The notes: generated from the letters alone by a model not told the origin. A stretch of DNA of 64,000 bases from an uncultured Gemmatimonadales bacterium (GCA_963697065.1 CAVOMQ010000001.1:252538-316537), one strand, 5' to 3'; shown: positions 55,178-64,000, counted from the stretch's first letter. Translations and numbers: made by a program.

Positions 55178-55567
55178 GTGCTAGAGCCTCCCCCGCGCGT
55201 CATCGTCATCATGCGTCAACGCGAGCCGCGTGCGCTGCTGCGCGCCGCACTGGAAGCAGCGGGTTACGACGCTGTCGGCGCCCGCACCGTGGGTGAGGCG
55301 CTGCAGTCGGCCGTTTCGGAACCCGATCGTGGCCCGGTGCGACTTGTCATCGTCGACCAGCGCTCCGCGATCGACGGCAACGGCCTGCTCGCCGAGCTGC
55401 TCGAACGCCACCAACGGTCGGCCGCACTCCTCATCGCGTCATCGGTCGAAGCCGAGCCACCGGGGCCGTGGGGACACGTGATGCGACGCCCGGTCCGCAT
55501 CGGCGAAATCGTCGATGCGGCCCGGGCGTTGGTCGATCCTGGCGCTCAGGCGCCCGGCGGCCGATAG
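55178..55567 (+). CDS. Stand-alone receiver-like (pseudo-receiver) domain protein
   Basis: 129-aa ORF (GTG 55178; ATG 55211 is an alternative). The order RVIVIM...VRLVIVDQ...ALLIASS...RRPVRIGEIV mirrors REC beta1/beta3/beta4/beta5. The N-terminal acidic pair is absent and the conserved Lys is Arg. Confidence 0.5.
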   Translation: MLEPPPRVIVIMRQREPRALLRAALEAAGYDAVGARTVGEALQSAVSEPDRGPVRLVIVDQRSAIDGNGLLAELLERHQRSAALLIASSVEAEPPGPWGHVMRRPVRIGEIVDAARALVDPGAQAPGGR

Positions 55568-55704
55568 CAGCCGGCTTCCTTCGTTGCAGCGTCGATCTCT
55601 TCCAGCGCCATCGGCGCAACAATCCGGGGCTGCACCACGCCGCTTGTGTTGGTCGCCGTCACGACCGCCGCCGTGACGGCGTCAGGGAGTGCCCCGATCC
55701 GGCG

Positions 55705-56103
55705 CTACTTCACGTCGTCAATCTCGAAATCGAAGCGGTAGCTGTGGGTGCCGCTCGCGATGATGATTTCCATCCGACCCGACAATCCCGCCAGCTCGTC
55801 GGTACCCGAATCGGGAACGACGGCAAGGATCAGCTCGCTCGTACCCCGATCCAGCACGCCATGATGCTGCAGCGTGAACGACCCGCGCCGCCCTGCCAGC
55901 GTCCCCATCACACGCTCCAGAGCCACGTACCCGGCCGACCCGTCGATCGCGGTGCGGTACGCCAGCATCTGGCCCAGGCTGGTGGCCTCGAGCGGGCCAT
56001 GATACCGCTTGTCGAGCAGCAGGCGGGCGATACCCGTGGCCTCGTGACCGGGGTCCGGCGCCTGCGGCACCATGGCGACGTCGAACCGACCTTCGACCTG
56101 CAT
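55705..56103 (-). CDS. DUF3224 domain protein
   Basis: ATG 56103 inside track ORF 55705..56163. GRFDV...LLLDKRYHGPLEATSLGQML...GSAGYVALERV.G.L.GR.GSF.LQH matches the DUF3224 pattern. Confidence 0.75.
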   Translation of the reverse strand: MQVEGRFDVAMVPQAPDPGHEATGIARLLLDKRYHGPLEATSLGQMLAYRTAIDGSAGYVALERVMGTLAGRRGSFTLQHHGVLDRGTSELILAVVPDSGTDELAGLSGRMEIIIASGTHSYRFDFEIDDVK

Positions 56104-56117
56104 CGGAGCGCTCCGGT

Positions 56118-56684
56118 TCAGGGTGTCGAGTTGTCGAGGTGCGCCTCGACGAACCAGAGCCACTTGTCCACCCCGCGAGAGATCTCGGTCAGGATGTCGG
56201 CGCCGTCGGCGTCTTCGAGGTCGTTCAGTTCATCGATGCCGATGCGCACCGAACGCCCGAACTCCGACAACGCGTCCGACAGCGCGGCGACGTGCTCGGT
56301 TCCGCTGGAGAGTGTCATCGGGTAGTCGATCAGGACGGTACGGCTCGCCACCGCCCCGATCGTCCCTTCCGCGATGCCACCGAGCTGCACCACCCGTTCG
56401 GCGATCAGGTCGACGTAGTCCTCGACCTCTTCGTTGACCTCGTCGAACAGCTTGTGCAGCGCGATGAACGTCGGGCCTTTGACGTTCCAGTGCGCCTGCT
56501 TGCACTGCGTCTGCAGGTCGATGGCGCTGGCAAGGCGCTGATTGAGCAGCCGCGCCACTTCGATGCGGACCTGTTCGGGGAGATCGTTCTTGGTCTGCCG
56601 CAGGATCGGCTTGGCGAATCGCGTTTCTGAAACGCTGCGCGAAATCGGCGCCGTCTTCTTCGCGGTCGAGCGTTGACGTGCCAT
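56118..56684 (-). CDS. dps: Dps (DNA starvation/stationary-phase protection, ferritin-like)
   Basis: ATG 56684, with GAGGGA upstream, inside track ORF 56118..56762. QTQCKQAHWNVKGPTFIALHKLFDE...DLIAERVVQLGG contains the ferroxidase-site residues. Confidence 0.92.
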   Translation of the reverse strand: MARQRSTAKKTAPISRSVSETRFAKPILRQTKNDLPEQVRIEVARLLNQRLASAIDLQTQCKQAHWNVKGPTFIALHKLFDEVNEEVEDYVDLIAERVVQLGGIAEGTIGAVASRTVLIDYPMTLSSGTEHVAALSDALSEFGRSVRIGIDELNDLEDADGADILTEISRGVDKWLWFVEAHLDNSTP

Positions 56685-56828
56685 GTTGTCCCTCGCTTCA
56701 TTCCAGGGTGAATCGGCCTTGTGACTCGCGTCGCGGCGGCCAGCGCCGCGATCCGTCCACAAACATGCCCCATCGGCGCCGATTCCGCATCACCCCGCGA
56801 ACATCAGGTCCGCCCAGACGCCGAGTCG

Positions 56829-57476
56829 TTACTTCGCGTTGCGGCCGGTCTTCTCCTTGCGGCGCCGCACTTCGGGGTCGTGAATCTTCTCGCCCCGCGC
56901 CAGCATGGCCACGAACTTCGCGATGCGGCTGGCGCGGGTAGCGGGCGAAGCGGTCTGAATCCGATAAAGCACCGCGTAGCGATTGAGCCGATCGAGGCCG
57001 TCGAAGAACGCCGCAGCCTCGCGGTTGCGCCTGAGCGCCGCCACGAGGTCCGGCGGCGGCTCGGCGGTGCGGTACGAATCGTACGCCCGTTCCCAACGGC
57101 CGTCGGATCGGGCACGCTCGATGGCGGCATGCCCGTGTGGTCTCATGCGGCCCTTCTCGATCAATGCCTCGGCCTTGTTGCGGTTGATCTTCGACCATGC
57201 GCTCTTCGGGCCGCGGGGGGTGAAGCGCTGGATCCATGACTGATCGTCATGCGGCTTGCGTTGACCGTCGATCCAGCCGTGGCAGAGCGCCACCTCCACC
57301 GCTTCGTCATACGTCACGGACCGGAGTGGCGCCGCCTTTCGCGCCAGGCGCAACCACAGGCCGGGCGACACGTGGCCGTTCCGGGTCAGCCACGTGTCCC
57401 ACGTCTTGGCGCTCTTGAAATGGCGGATCGGCAACTCGGCCACCGGCCTGGCAGCGCGGCGCGTCCCGGCGGTCAC
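56829..57476 (-). CDS. YdeI/OmpD-associated family protein
   Basis: GTG 57476 (GTGA overlap) inside track ORF 56829..58112. WDTWLTRNGHVSPGLWLRLARK...AVEVALCHGWIDGQRKPHDDQSWIQRFTPRGPKSAWSKIN. Confidence 0.8.
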   Translation of the reverse strand: MTAGTRRAARPVAELPIRHFKSAKTWDTWLTRNGHVSPGLWLRLARKAAPLRSVTYDEAVEVALCHGWIDGQRKPHDDQSWIQRFTPRGPKSAWSKINRNKAEALIEKGRMRPHGHAAIERARSDGRWERAYDSYRTAEPPPDLVAALRRNREAAAFFDGLDRLNRYAVLYRIQTASPATRASRIAKFVAMLARGEKIHDPEVRRRKEKTGRNAK

Positions 57477-58102
57477 CGAGCCGACTCCGGCACCCCGTCG
57501 AAGAATTCCACCGTCCCCGATTCCAGCGAGTATTCCGCGCCCACCACGAGCAGCGCCTCGTCGCGAATCAGCTGTTCCAGCAACGCCGATCCGTGCCGGA
57601 GATGATTCGCCGACGCCCTGATGTTGGCCCGCACCGCCGCGTGTACCAACGCATCGTGATCGGCGGCGAGGTGGGTATCGAGAAGGGACTCGACCGATGG
57701 TCGCACCCGGTCGACGATGGCATGCAGGTTGGGCGATTGCGTTTCCGATGGACGCCGCAGCTCCTCCAGCGTTGCGAGAATGGCGCCGCACTGCGTGTGC
57801 CCCAGGACTACCACCAGTCGTGTTCCAAAACGTCCCGCGGCAAACTCGATGCTCCCCACCAGCGATGGTGCCACGATGTTCCCCGCCACCCGGATCACGA
57901 AGAGATCGCCGAGCCCCTGATCGAATACGATTTCGGCGGGAACACGGGAATCGGAGCAGCCGAGGATGATGGCGAACGGCTCCTGCGCACCGGGCAGCGC
58001 CACGACGTTCGGCGCAGTCATCCGGGTGCTGCCGTCCAATCGGCCAACGAAACGGGCGTTCCCTGCACGCAGGCGCTGCAAGGCTTCGACTGCCGGTATC
58101 AT
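57473..58102 (-). CDS. Beta-class carbonic anhydrase
   Basis: ATG 58102 inside track ORF 57473..59023. Zinc ligands lie in ILGCSDSRVP and LGHTQCGA. Confidence 0.9.
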   Translation of the reverse strand: MIPAVEALQRLRAGNARFVGRLDGSTRMTAPNVVALPGAQEPFAIILGCSDSRVPAEIVFDQGLGDLFVIRVAGNIVAPSLVGSIEFAAGRFGTRLVVVLGHTQCGAILATLEELRRPSETQSPNLHAIVDRVRPSVESLLDTHLAADHDALVHAAVRANIRASANHLRHGSALLEQLIRDEALLVVGAEYSLESGTVEFFDGVPESAR

Positions 58103-58300
58103 CAGCTGCCATCCTCCCGATCGGTCCCGCCGGGCGGCATGCCGCCGTGTTTGTCGGCGTGCCGGCGGCTGGTGTGCGTCCGTTGCCAGGACGGGTGGCG
58201 CCAATCTAACGGTGTCGGCTGCCGCTACCGCGCGTAACCATCCGGAAACAGCGCCTGTCGGCCCTTGCGGGCGCGCCCACCGGCAGCGACACTGGTAGCG

Positions 58301-59254
58301 ATGTCCACCCGACGGCAATTCATCCGTTCTGCCGGGACCTTCACGGCGCTGGTGGCAGGTCGCGTCATTCCGCTTCGACTGCCCCGCCCACGGCGTCTCG
58401 AGCCGGTGCGTCTGGCGGTCATCGCGGATCTGCACTTCGGCCTCGCGCCCGACGCGTCGATGCGGTTCGACGCCTTTCTCCGGGCGGCAGGGGCGCGCAC
58501 GTCCGACGCCTACCTGCAGATGGGTGATTTCTGCTATTCCGACGCCGGCGCCGCGCCGTGCCTCGCCCGCTGGCACGCCATCACCACACCGCGCCTCAAT
58601 GTCCTCGGCAATCACGACATGGACAAGTGTGACAAGGCAACGGCGATGCAGGCCTTCGGCATGCCGCGCCGCTACTACGCCGCCACTTTCGGTGGCTACC
58701 GCTTCGTCGTGCTCGATCTCAACAACTTCCGGAAGGACGGGGCCCTGTATCCGTATGCCGACGGCAACTACTTCACGGATAACGCGGTGTGGAACTGCGC
58801 CGACCCCGATCAGCTGAACTGGCTCCGCGAAGAACTCGGCACCACGACTGACCCGGTGGTCCTCATCTCGCACCAGCCGCTCGGCTTCGCCGACGCCGGG
58901 CAGCCGCTGCCCGTGGAACAGGTCGAGGTGCTCGATGTGGTCTCGGCGATGGCGGCGAAGAATCCGCGTGGCGCCGTCGCGGTCTGCCTCAGCGGGCATC
59001 TGCATGTGGATCGCCTGGAACACGCCGCCGGCGCGCCGTGTGTCCTGATCAACTCATCGAGCTACTTCTGGTACAACGGCATGCACCCGTACACCAACCC
59101 GCTGTATGCGTTCATGGAGTTCACGTCGGACGGCGTGTTGCGGATCGAGGGACGAGCCGGCGCCTTCGTCAGACCGCCGCCGTCAGCGTCGGACAACGTG
59201 CTCGGGCGTGGAGCGTCGATCACCAGCCGGAACGTGCCGCTGCGGCGCGGGTGA
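58301..59254 (+). CDS. Tat-exported metallophosphoesterase
   Basis: ATG 58301 inside track ORF 58265..59254. Twin-arginine signal MSTRRQFIRSAG. Motifs VIADLHFG, MGDFCY, LGNHD and SGHLH are present. Confidence 0.85.
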   Translation: MSTRRQFIRSAGTFTALVAGRVIPLRLPRPRRLEPVRLAVIADLHFGLAPDASMRFDAFLRAAGARTSDAYLQMGDFCYSDAGAAPCLARWHAITTPRLNVLGNHDMDKCDKATAMQAFGMPRRYYAATFGGYRFVVLDLNNFRKDGALYPYADGNYFTDNAVWNCADPDQLNWLREELGTTTDPVVLISHQPLGFADAGQPLPVEQVEVLDVVSAMAAKNPRGAVAVCLSGHLHVDRLEHAAGAPCVLINSSSYFWYNGMHPYTNPLYAFMEFTSDGVLRIEGRAGAFVRPPPSASDNVLGRGASITSRNVPLRRG

Positions 59255-59293
59255 GCGGCGCCCAGTAGGCGACGACGAGGGCGAAGGCCGCAG

Positions 59294-59788
59294 TCAGCGG
59301 CGCAGGACGTATTCCAGGTACTGCTTGCCGCGGATGTTCACAGCTCCCTCGGCGCGACCGCCGAGCCGTTCCGCGAGACGGATCGAACGGTCGTTGTCCG
59401 GATGGATGACGGCGCGGACCTGCTCGCGATCAAGCGTCTCATGCGCATACCCGACAGCCGCCCGGGCCGCCTGGTATCCGTAACCTCGCCCCCAGGCCGA
59501 CGGCGCCAGCGCCCAGCCGACTTCCAGGCCGAGCCCACCCTCAGGATCGAGCAGTCCGGCGTAGCCGACCATCGTGTCGCTCGCCCGGTCGGTCAGCGCC
59601 CACATGCCGTAGCCGCGCAACTCCCAATGGCCGATGTACCTGGCGAGCTGCCACCACGCGTCCTCCCGGCTGAGCGGGCCGTCACCGATGTAACGCCGTA
59701 CCTCCGGTTCCGCGTTCATGACCGCAAACGGTTCGAAGTGCTCGGCGGTGAGTCGCCGCAACAGGAGATGCTCGGTGATCAGTTCCAT
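59294..59788 (-). CDS. GNAT-family N-acetyltransferase (RimJ/RimL-like)
   Basis: ATG 59788 inside track ORF 59294..59932. TEHLLLRRLTAEHFEPF...VGWALAPSAWGRGYGYQAARAAVGYA...IHPDNDRSIRLAERLG. Confidence 0.88.
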   Translation of the reverse strand: MELITEHLLLRRLTAEHFEPFAVMNAEPEVRRYIGDGPLSREDAWWQLARYIGHWELRGYGMWALTDRASDTMVGYAGLLDPEGGLGLEVGWALAPSAWGRGYGYQAARAAVGYAHETLDREQVRAVIHPDNDRSIRLAERLGGRAEGAVNIRGKQYLEYVLRR

Positions 59789-59835
59789 CAGACCTCGCCA
59801 GCGTACGTTGGGCCATTGGAGCCGCGTGGCGCCGC

Positions 59836-61542
59836 TCAACCGGCGGCAGACAGACCATCGGCACCGGTCCAGTCGAAGCGGGCATCCCGCCCCATCAGGT
59901 GCCAGTCGCGGGGCCAGATCGCCCGTTGCCAATCAAGCGCCTCTCCGAGCGGCTGCGGCACCGCGGCGAGCGCAAGCGCGGCACGCACGTCGCTGCGCTG
60001 CTGCTCTCCCATCGCGTCGGGTGCCAGCGAGACGAACAGCATCGTACCGCTCCGCGCCAGCAGATCGAGCCACTGGCGATTCTCGGCCCAGGGGATATTG
60101 GTGGTGACACCGACGCAGTCCGGGTCGGCCACATAGAACGCACCCTGCTGGACGCCGCGGAATGCAAGCGCGTTGACACCCATGCGCGGCACGCGGATCC
60201 ACTCCTGGCCGCTGGTGTCGTCGCCGATGCGGCACATTTCGAACAGACCCGCCGAGAGATGGCTCAAGGTGTTGCAACCGATGACGAGACCATCACCCGC
60301 TCCACGGCGAATGGTGCGATAGAGGTCACCGATCACCTCGGCCGTCGTTCGCACCGGACCGGTGCCGAACGTCCAGCCGTCACGGGTGATCGCCGCGTCC
60401 ATCGTGCGTCCCCAGCGGCCAAGTATGTCGAACGTCGAGTAGTCGTGCTTGATCAGTTCGAACCCCCAGCTGCGGATCCGTGACACGTCGGCGGCGACCT
60501 TCTCGAGCGCGGCGGGATGCGTGGGGTCGAGATACGACCTGTCGCGCGGCAGGCGCCATGCGTCGGGCGCGTCCTTCGGCGCGAGCAATGGCCGCATCCA
60601 GATGCCGGGCCGGGCACCGGCGGCCGTGATGCCGGCGGCCAGCCCCGGCATGTCGGGAAACCGCTCGTTGCCGCGGTCCCATTCGCCCACACCGCTCTTG
60701 CCCGCGCCTCGCTCCGGCTGCCAGCCGTCGTCGATCACCACGAGCGGCCGGTTGCCTCCCGCCGGCGACAGCTCCACGGTCCGGCCGGCATCGGCCAGTA
60801 CGCTCGTTGCACTGTTGTTGCCGTAGGCGTAGTACCAGTCGTTGTGTCCGTAGACCGGTGCAGACGGGAGGCGCGGAGCCTGTGAGAGCGTCCGACAGAA
60901 GGCGCGGAGCGCCGCGAACGCCCGTTCACCTTTTCCCTGGCGTGCCACCACGTCGCAGGCAACCAGCTCCCGTGAGCCAAGTTGCAGCGGCGCGCTGCCG
61001 CTGCGCACGTCGACCCGGAGGCTGACGCCGTCGGGGTCGATCTGCCAGAAGCACAACGCCGCGGCGCCGGTGCGGACACCGTAGCAATGGGTGTCGTGGC
61101 CGTCGAACGTCGCCGCGTACCACGGCATGATCCGATCAGGTGCCATTCCGCGCCATTCCAGATCGCCGTACGCTCGTTCCCATGCGTCGCCAAGGAGCAG
61201 TGTGACGTCGTGCAACGCGGCGTGCCAGCGCAGGTGAAGGCGGCTGATGCCGTCGGCTGGGGCGCTGAGCGCCACACGCGTCGTGCCGTCGGTCAACGCC
61301 GTCGTCACCACGATCCGCCCCGACTCGAATCGACGTTCCGCGATCGGTGTCAGGGGTCGATACCCGCTGGACGTCTGCACCGTGACCCCATCGGGCGGGC
61401 GGCGCAGGTCGACGAACGGGCTGGCGCGACGGCGCATTTGCACCCGCGACAGCCCGCCGAGCACGCCGCCGCCGGGACGCAACAACGCGGCGCCCAGCAT
61501 CGACGTGGCGCTGCCCTGCAGGAAATCGCGGCGACTCGTCAT
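59836..61542 (-). CDS. Tat-exported alpha-galactosidase-like glycoside hydrolase (clan GH-D)
   Basis: ATG 61542 inside track ORF 59836..61572. Twin-arginine signal MTSRRDFLQG. VVIDDGWQ and GFELIKHDY are typical of melibiase-type TIM barrels. Confidence 0.8.
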   Translation of the reverse strand: MTSRRDFLQGSATSMLGAALLRPGGGVLGGLSRVQMRRRASPFVDLRRPPDGVTVQTSSGYRPLTPIAERRFESGRIVVTTALTDGTTRVALSAPADGISRLHLRWHAALHDVTLLLGDAWERAYGDLEWRGMAPDRIMPWYAATFDGHDTHCYGVRTGAAALCFWQIDPDGVSLRVDVRSGSAPLQLGSRELVACDVVARQGKGERAFAALRAFCRTLSQAPRLPSAPVYGHNDWYYAYGNNSATSVLADAGRTVELSPAGGNRPLVVIDDGWQPERGAGKSGVGEWDRGNERFPDMPGLAAGITAAGARPGIWMRPLLAPKDAPDAWRLPRDRSYLDPTHPAALEKVAADVSRIRSWGFELIKHDYSTFDILGRWGRTMDAAITRDGWTFGTGPVRTTAEVIGDLYRTIRRGAGDGLVIGCNTLSHLSAGLFEMCRIGDDTSGQEWIRVPRMGVNALAFRGVQQGAFYVADPDCVGVTTNIPWAENRQWLDLLARSGTMLFVSLAPDAMGEQQRSDVRAALALAAVPQPLGEALDWQRAIWPRDWHLMGRDARFDWTGADGLSAAG

Positions 61543-61549
61543 CGCTGCG

Positions 61550-61744
61550 CTACCCTGCCCTCTTGCGGGCACTCTTCGCGCGTCGCCACTGGCTGATCTC
61601 CGCCTTCAGGTTGGCGGGGACCGGCCGGCAACCACATGCCTCTGCGTGAGCGGCGTGCCACTCCAGCCGTTCCACTCGAGGCGGGTTCTTCGGCATGCGA
61701 TGGGCCCGATGCCACTCAGCATTGAGTTTCGAGTTCACGCACAT
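61550..61744 (-). CDS. Small conserved-looking His/Cys-rich protein (64 aa)
   Basis: LNAEWHRAHRMPKNPPRVERLEWHAAHAEACGCRPVP followed by a basic tail. It lies 7 nt upstream of the hydrolase gene on the same strand. No family name recognised. Confidence 0.55.
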   Translation of the reverse strand: MCVNSKLNAEWHRAHRMPKNPPRVERLEWHAAHAEACGCRPVPANLKAEISQWRRAKSARKRAG

Positions 61745-61758
61745 CTCCCGTGTACCGG

Positions 61759-62265
61759 TCAGTCGAACTCGACGTTCGAAGGTGGCTGATCGGCACCGAC
61801 GTGTCCGACCGCGATCGACGCCTTGAAGTAGTTCTCCCCGCGAACCGGGCTCCCGGCGCGGCGACGGAGCAGCGCCAGTTGGCCGATATGGGTCAACGCG
61901 TCCGCCACCGGTCCCTGGAACAGTGCCTCGGCCGAATTGCCAAGCGGCCGCCCGTCCGCAAGCCGATCGTCGAAGCGGCCCAATCCAGCATGGAATCGCA
62001 CCACTTCGGCATCCCAGTCATCGGGGCTCGAGTTGTGCCAGACATGCTCGCCGTTGGCCAGGTGCCACGCCCAGTCGAAAAGGTCGTTGATATGCGCCAG
62101 GATCGCGATCGGCGTTCGGGTGTCCCGTCCCAACTTGAACGTCGCGAAGCTGGCGGGAGCCCCGCGCAGCACCTTGCCGCCACGATAAGCGACGGTCGCG
62201 ACGGTGTGGCGAAGCAGCTCACGCGCCGCCGCGTCTTCCGTCCCGCTTGATTGCCCAACGGCCAT
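61759..62265 (-). CDS. DinB-family (DinB_2) protein
   Basis: 168-aa ORF. The helical-bundle pattern LLRHTVATVAYRG...ILAHINDLFDWAW...ALTHIGQLALLRR has the conserved His triad positions. Confidence 0.85.
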   Translation of the reverse strand: MAVGQSSGTEDAAARELLRHTVATVAYRGGKVLRGAPASFATFKLGRDTRTPIAILAHINDLFDWAWHLANGEHVWHNSSPDDWDAEVVRFHAGLGRFDDRLADGRPLGNSAEALFQGPVADALTHIGQLALLRRRAGSPVRGENYFKASIAVGHVGADQPPSNVEFD

Positions 62266-62394
62266 CGGAATCTCCTCGGGATCGCGTCAGGCCCGGCAAT
62301 ACCGGCGCCGGGAGAATGATACGGCCATGCCTGGCGCTACGGGACCGCGCCGCCGGTTAGACTTCTCCCCCAATTCCGACAGAGGCCGATCGCC

Positions 62395-64000
62395 ATGCGA
62401 CGGATTCGCTTGCTCGCCATGTTGCTCCTCACCCCGGCTGGCGCCATCGTGGCGCAGCAGCCCGGCCCTTCTTTCGACGTCATCATCAGGAACGGGCACA
62501 TCATCGACGGCACCGGGTCGCCCTGGTATCGCGGCGACATCGGCATCCGCGGCGGACGGATCGCGGCAATCGGCGACCTCCAACACGCCGTCGCGACACG
62601 GACCATCGACGCCCGCGGCCTGGTCGTCACCCCCGGATTCATCGACATGCTCGGCCAATCGGAGATGACCATGCTGGTCGATCCGCGCGTGCCGTCGAAG
62701 ATCTTCCAGGGGATCACCACCGAAATCACCGGCGAAGGCGAATCGATCGCGCCGCTCGACAGCGAGATGATCGCCAACAACATGCCCACCTATCGCCATT
62801 ACCGGATCACGCCAGATTGGCGTACCCTGGGCGACTATTTCGCCCGTCTCAGGCGCCAGGGAATGGGCATCAATCTCGGTACCTATGTCGGCGCAGCGTC
62901 GGTGCGCGAGATGGTCCTCGGCTACCGCGACGTGCCGCCGACGCCGGCGCAGCTCGGGCGAATGCAACAGCTGGTCGCCGACGCGATGCGCGAGGGGGCA
63001 CTGGGCGTCTCCACCGCGCTCCAGTATCCCCCTGCGCCCTACGCCAATACCGCCGAGTTGATCGCGCTCGCCAGAACGGCTGCCGAATATGGCGGGATCT
63101 ATGCCACGCACATGCGGAGCGAGGGCGACGGCGAAATGGCGGCGCTCGACGAGACCTTCCGCATCGCGCGTGAGGCGGACACCCCCGTCGAGATCTTCCA
63201 TCTCAAGGCCGGTGGCACGGCCAACTGGGGGAAGATGCCCGCGATCGTGGCGAGGATCGACTCGGCACGGAGCGCCGGACTCGACATCAGTGCCGACACG
63301 TACGCTTACACCGCGTGGGAGAATTCGCTGTCGGCGTTCGCGCCGCCGTGGGCGCATGACGGCGGCGACGCCAGGTTGGTGCAGCGACTCGCCGACACCG
63401 CCATGCGGGCCCGCATGCGGCGTGACATGCTGACCCCGTCGAGCAGCTGGGACAACGAGTGGCTGGAGATTCCGGACCCACATGCCGTGCTGGTCGCGGT
63501 CGTCGACAATCCGGCGCTGCTGCCGCTGGAGGGAAAGCGTCTCGACGACATAGCGTCGTCGTGGCACGAGGATGCGATCGACGCGCTCTTCGACCTGCTG
63601 GTGAAGGACAGCGCCAAGACCACCGTCGCCGTGTTCGCCATGTCGGAGCCGGACGTCGAGCTTGCATTGCGGCAGCCATGGGTGTCGATCGACAACGATG
63701 CATCGGGCACGTCCCCCGAGGGCATCCTTGGCACCGAGCACCCGCATCCCCGGGCGTACGGCACCTTTCCGCGGATTCTCCGGCTGTTCGGGCGCCAGCA
63801 GCATCTGCTCACGCTCCCTGATGCCATCAGAAAGTTCACGTCACTCGCCGCCCAACGACTTCACCTGGCCGACCGGGGCGTGCTCAAGGCGGGAATGTGG
63901 GCTGACGTGGTGGTCTTCGACGCCGATTCGATCGCCGACCGGGCGACGTACGAGGATCCCAACCAGCTGTCGGTCGGCATGAAATACGTGCTCGTCAATG
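62395..64000 (+). CDS. D-aminoacylase (N-acyl-D-amino-acid deacylase, amidohydrolase superfamily); 3' end outside window
   Basis: Not in the ORF track because it has no stop in the window. ATG 62395 opens a frame that stays open to base 64000. Signal peptide MRRIRLLAMLLLTPAGAIVAQ, then FDVIIRNGHIIDGTGSPWYRGDIGIRGGRIAAIGDL, GFIDMLGQSE, YATHMRSEG and the final ...DPNQLSVGMKYVLVN. Confidence 0.88.
   Translation, partial: MRRIRLLAMLLLTPAGAIVAQQPGPSFDVIIRNGHIIDGTGSPWYRGDIGIRGGRIAAIGDLQHAVATRTIDARGLVVTPGFIDMLGQSEMTMLVDPRVPSKIFQGITTEITGEGESIAPLDSEMIANNMPTYRHYRITPDWRTLGDYFARLRRQGMGINLGTYVGAASVREMVLGYRDVPPTPAQLGRMQQLVADAMREGALGVSTALQYPPAPYANTAELIALARTAAEYGGIYATHMRSEGDGEMAALDETFRIAREADTPVEIFHLKAGGTANWGKMPAIVARIDSARSAGLDISADTYAYTAWENSLSAFAPPWAHDGGDARLVQRLADTAMRARMRRDMLTPSSSWDNEWLEIPDPHAVLVAVVDNPALLPLEGKRLDDIASSWHEDAIDALFDLLVKDSAKTTVAVFAMSEPDVELALRQPWVSIDNDASGTSPEGILGTEHPHPRAYGTFPRILRLFGRQQHLLTLPDAIRKFTSLAAQRLHLADRGVLKAGMWADVVVFDADSIADRATYEDPNQLSVGMKYVLVN

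Noticed and set aside
55655-55680. 9-bp stem hairpin (GCCGTCACG / CGTGACGGC) between the convergent receiver-like and DUF3224 genes as a terminator
   Set aside because: There is no U-rich tract on either strand after the stem, so it cannot be called an intrinsic terminator from sequence alone.
62287-63804. 505-aa minus-strand ORF at the right end (and the similar 474-aa ORF at 49240..50664)
   Set aside because: Both are antisense to well-supported plus-strand genes. The first lies opposite the D-aminoacylase, which the track misses because it has no stop in the window. The second lies opposite the BNR propeller.
1-64000. CRISPR arrays, tRNA/rRNA/tmRNA genes, insertion sequences, integrases, prophage or defence-island signatures
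   Set aside because: All intergenic gaps are under 380 bp and none shows spaced direct repeats or a cloverleaf-compatible sequence. No ORF has transposase, recombinase, phage or known defence motifs. GC content is uniformly high apart from short promoter-like AT patches.

Overview
A 64-kb, roughly 70% GC, very gene-dense chromosomal segment from a high-GC bacterium; phylum cannot be assigned from sequence alone. I call about 75 protein-coding genes on both strands, with no rRNA, tRNA, CRISPR array, transposase, integrase or phage gene. Content is housekeeping and stress or periplasmic functions. It includes aroB, an alternative sigma factor, a glcDEF-like oxidase operon ending in ygfZ, and a ChlI-like AAA+ / VWA pair. 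It also has ada, a tungstate/molybdate-type ABC transporter, a P1B-type ATPase, lepB, msrA, a VIT1 transporter, osmC and a cold-shock protein. Further genes are hsp20, M61 and S58 peptidases, a GspE/PilB-type ATPase, hemG, an ECF sigma with a C-terminal extension plus a YCII gene, dps, a beta-carbonic anhydrase, an alpha-galactosidase-like hydrolase and a D-aminoacylase that runs off the 3' end. Operons are tightly packed: I found 17 four-nt ATGA/GTGA start/stop overlaps and used them to trim the over-long ORFs typical of GC-rich DNA. The clearest anomaly is an M14 peptidase gene (34653-37738, minus strand). It can be read only by changing frame about 13 times, almost always in the same direction, and it carries an in-frame TAG, while its neighbours are intact. 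Other items worth a second look: a cytoplasmic BNR propeller coupled to a diglycine MoaD/ThiS-like protein with no E1 nearby; an AAA+/VWA pair split by two antisense genes; and an orphan GspE-type ATPase with an MshEN-like N-terminus. There is also a GlcF reduced to its ferredoxin domain, a TPCP-motif P-type ATPase next to a diheme cytochrome, and several sharply defined promoter, operator or RNA-structure candidates. I did not find a complete, obviously novel multi-gene system such as a defence island or mobile element. All functional calls rest on motifs read by eye and need HMM or BLAST confirmation.
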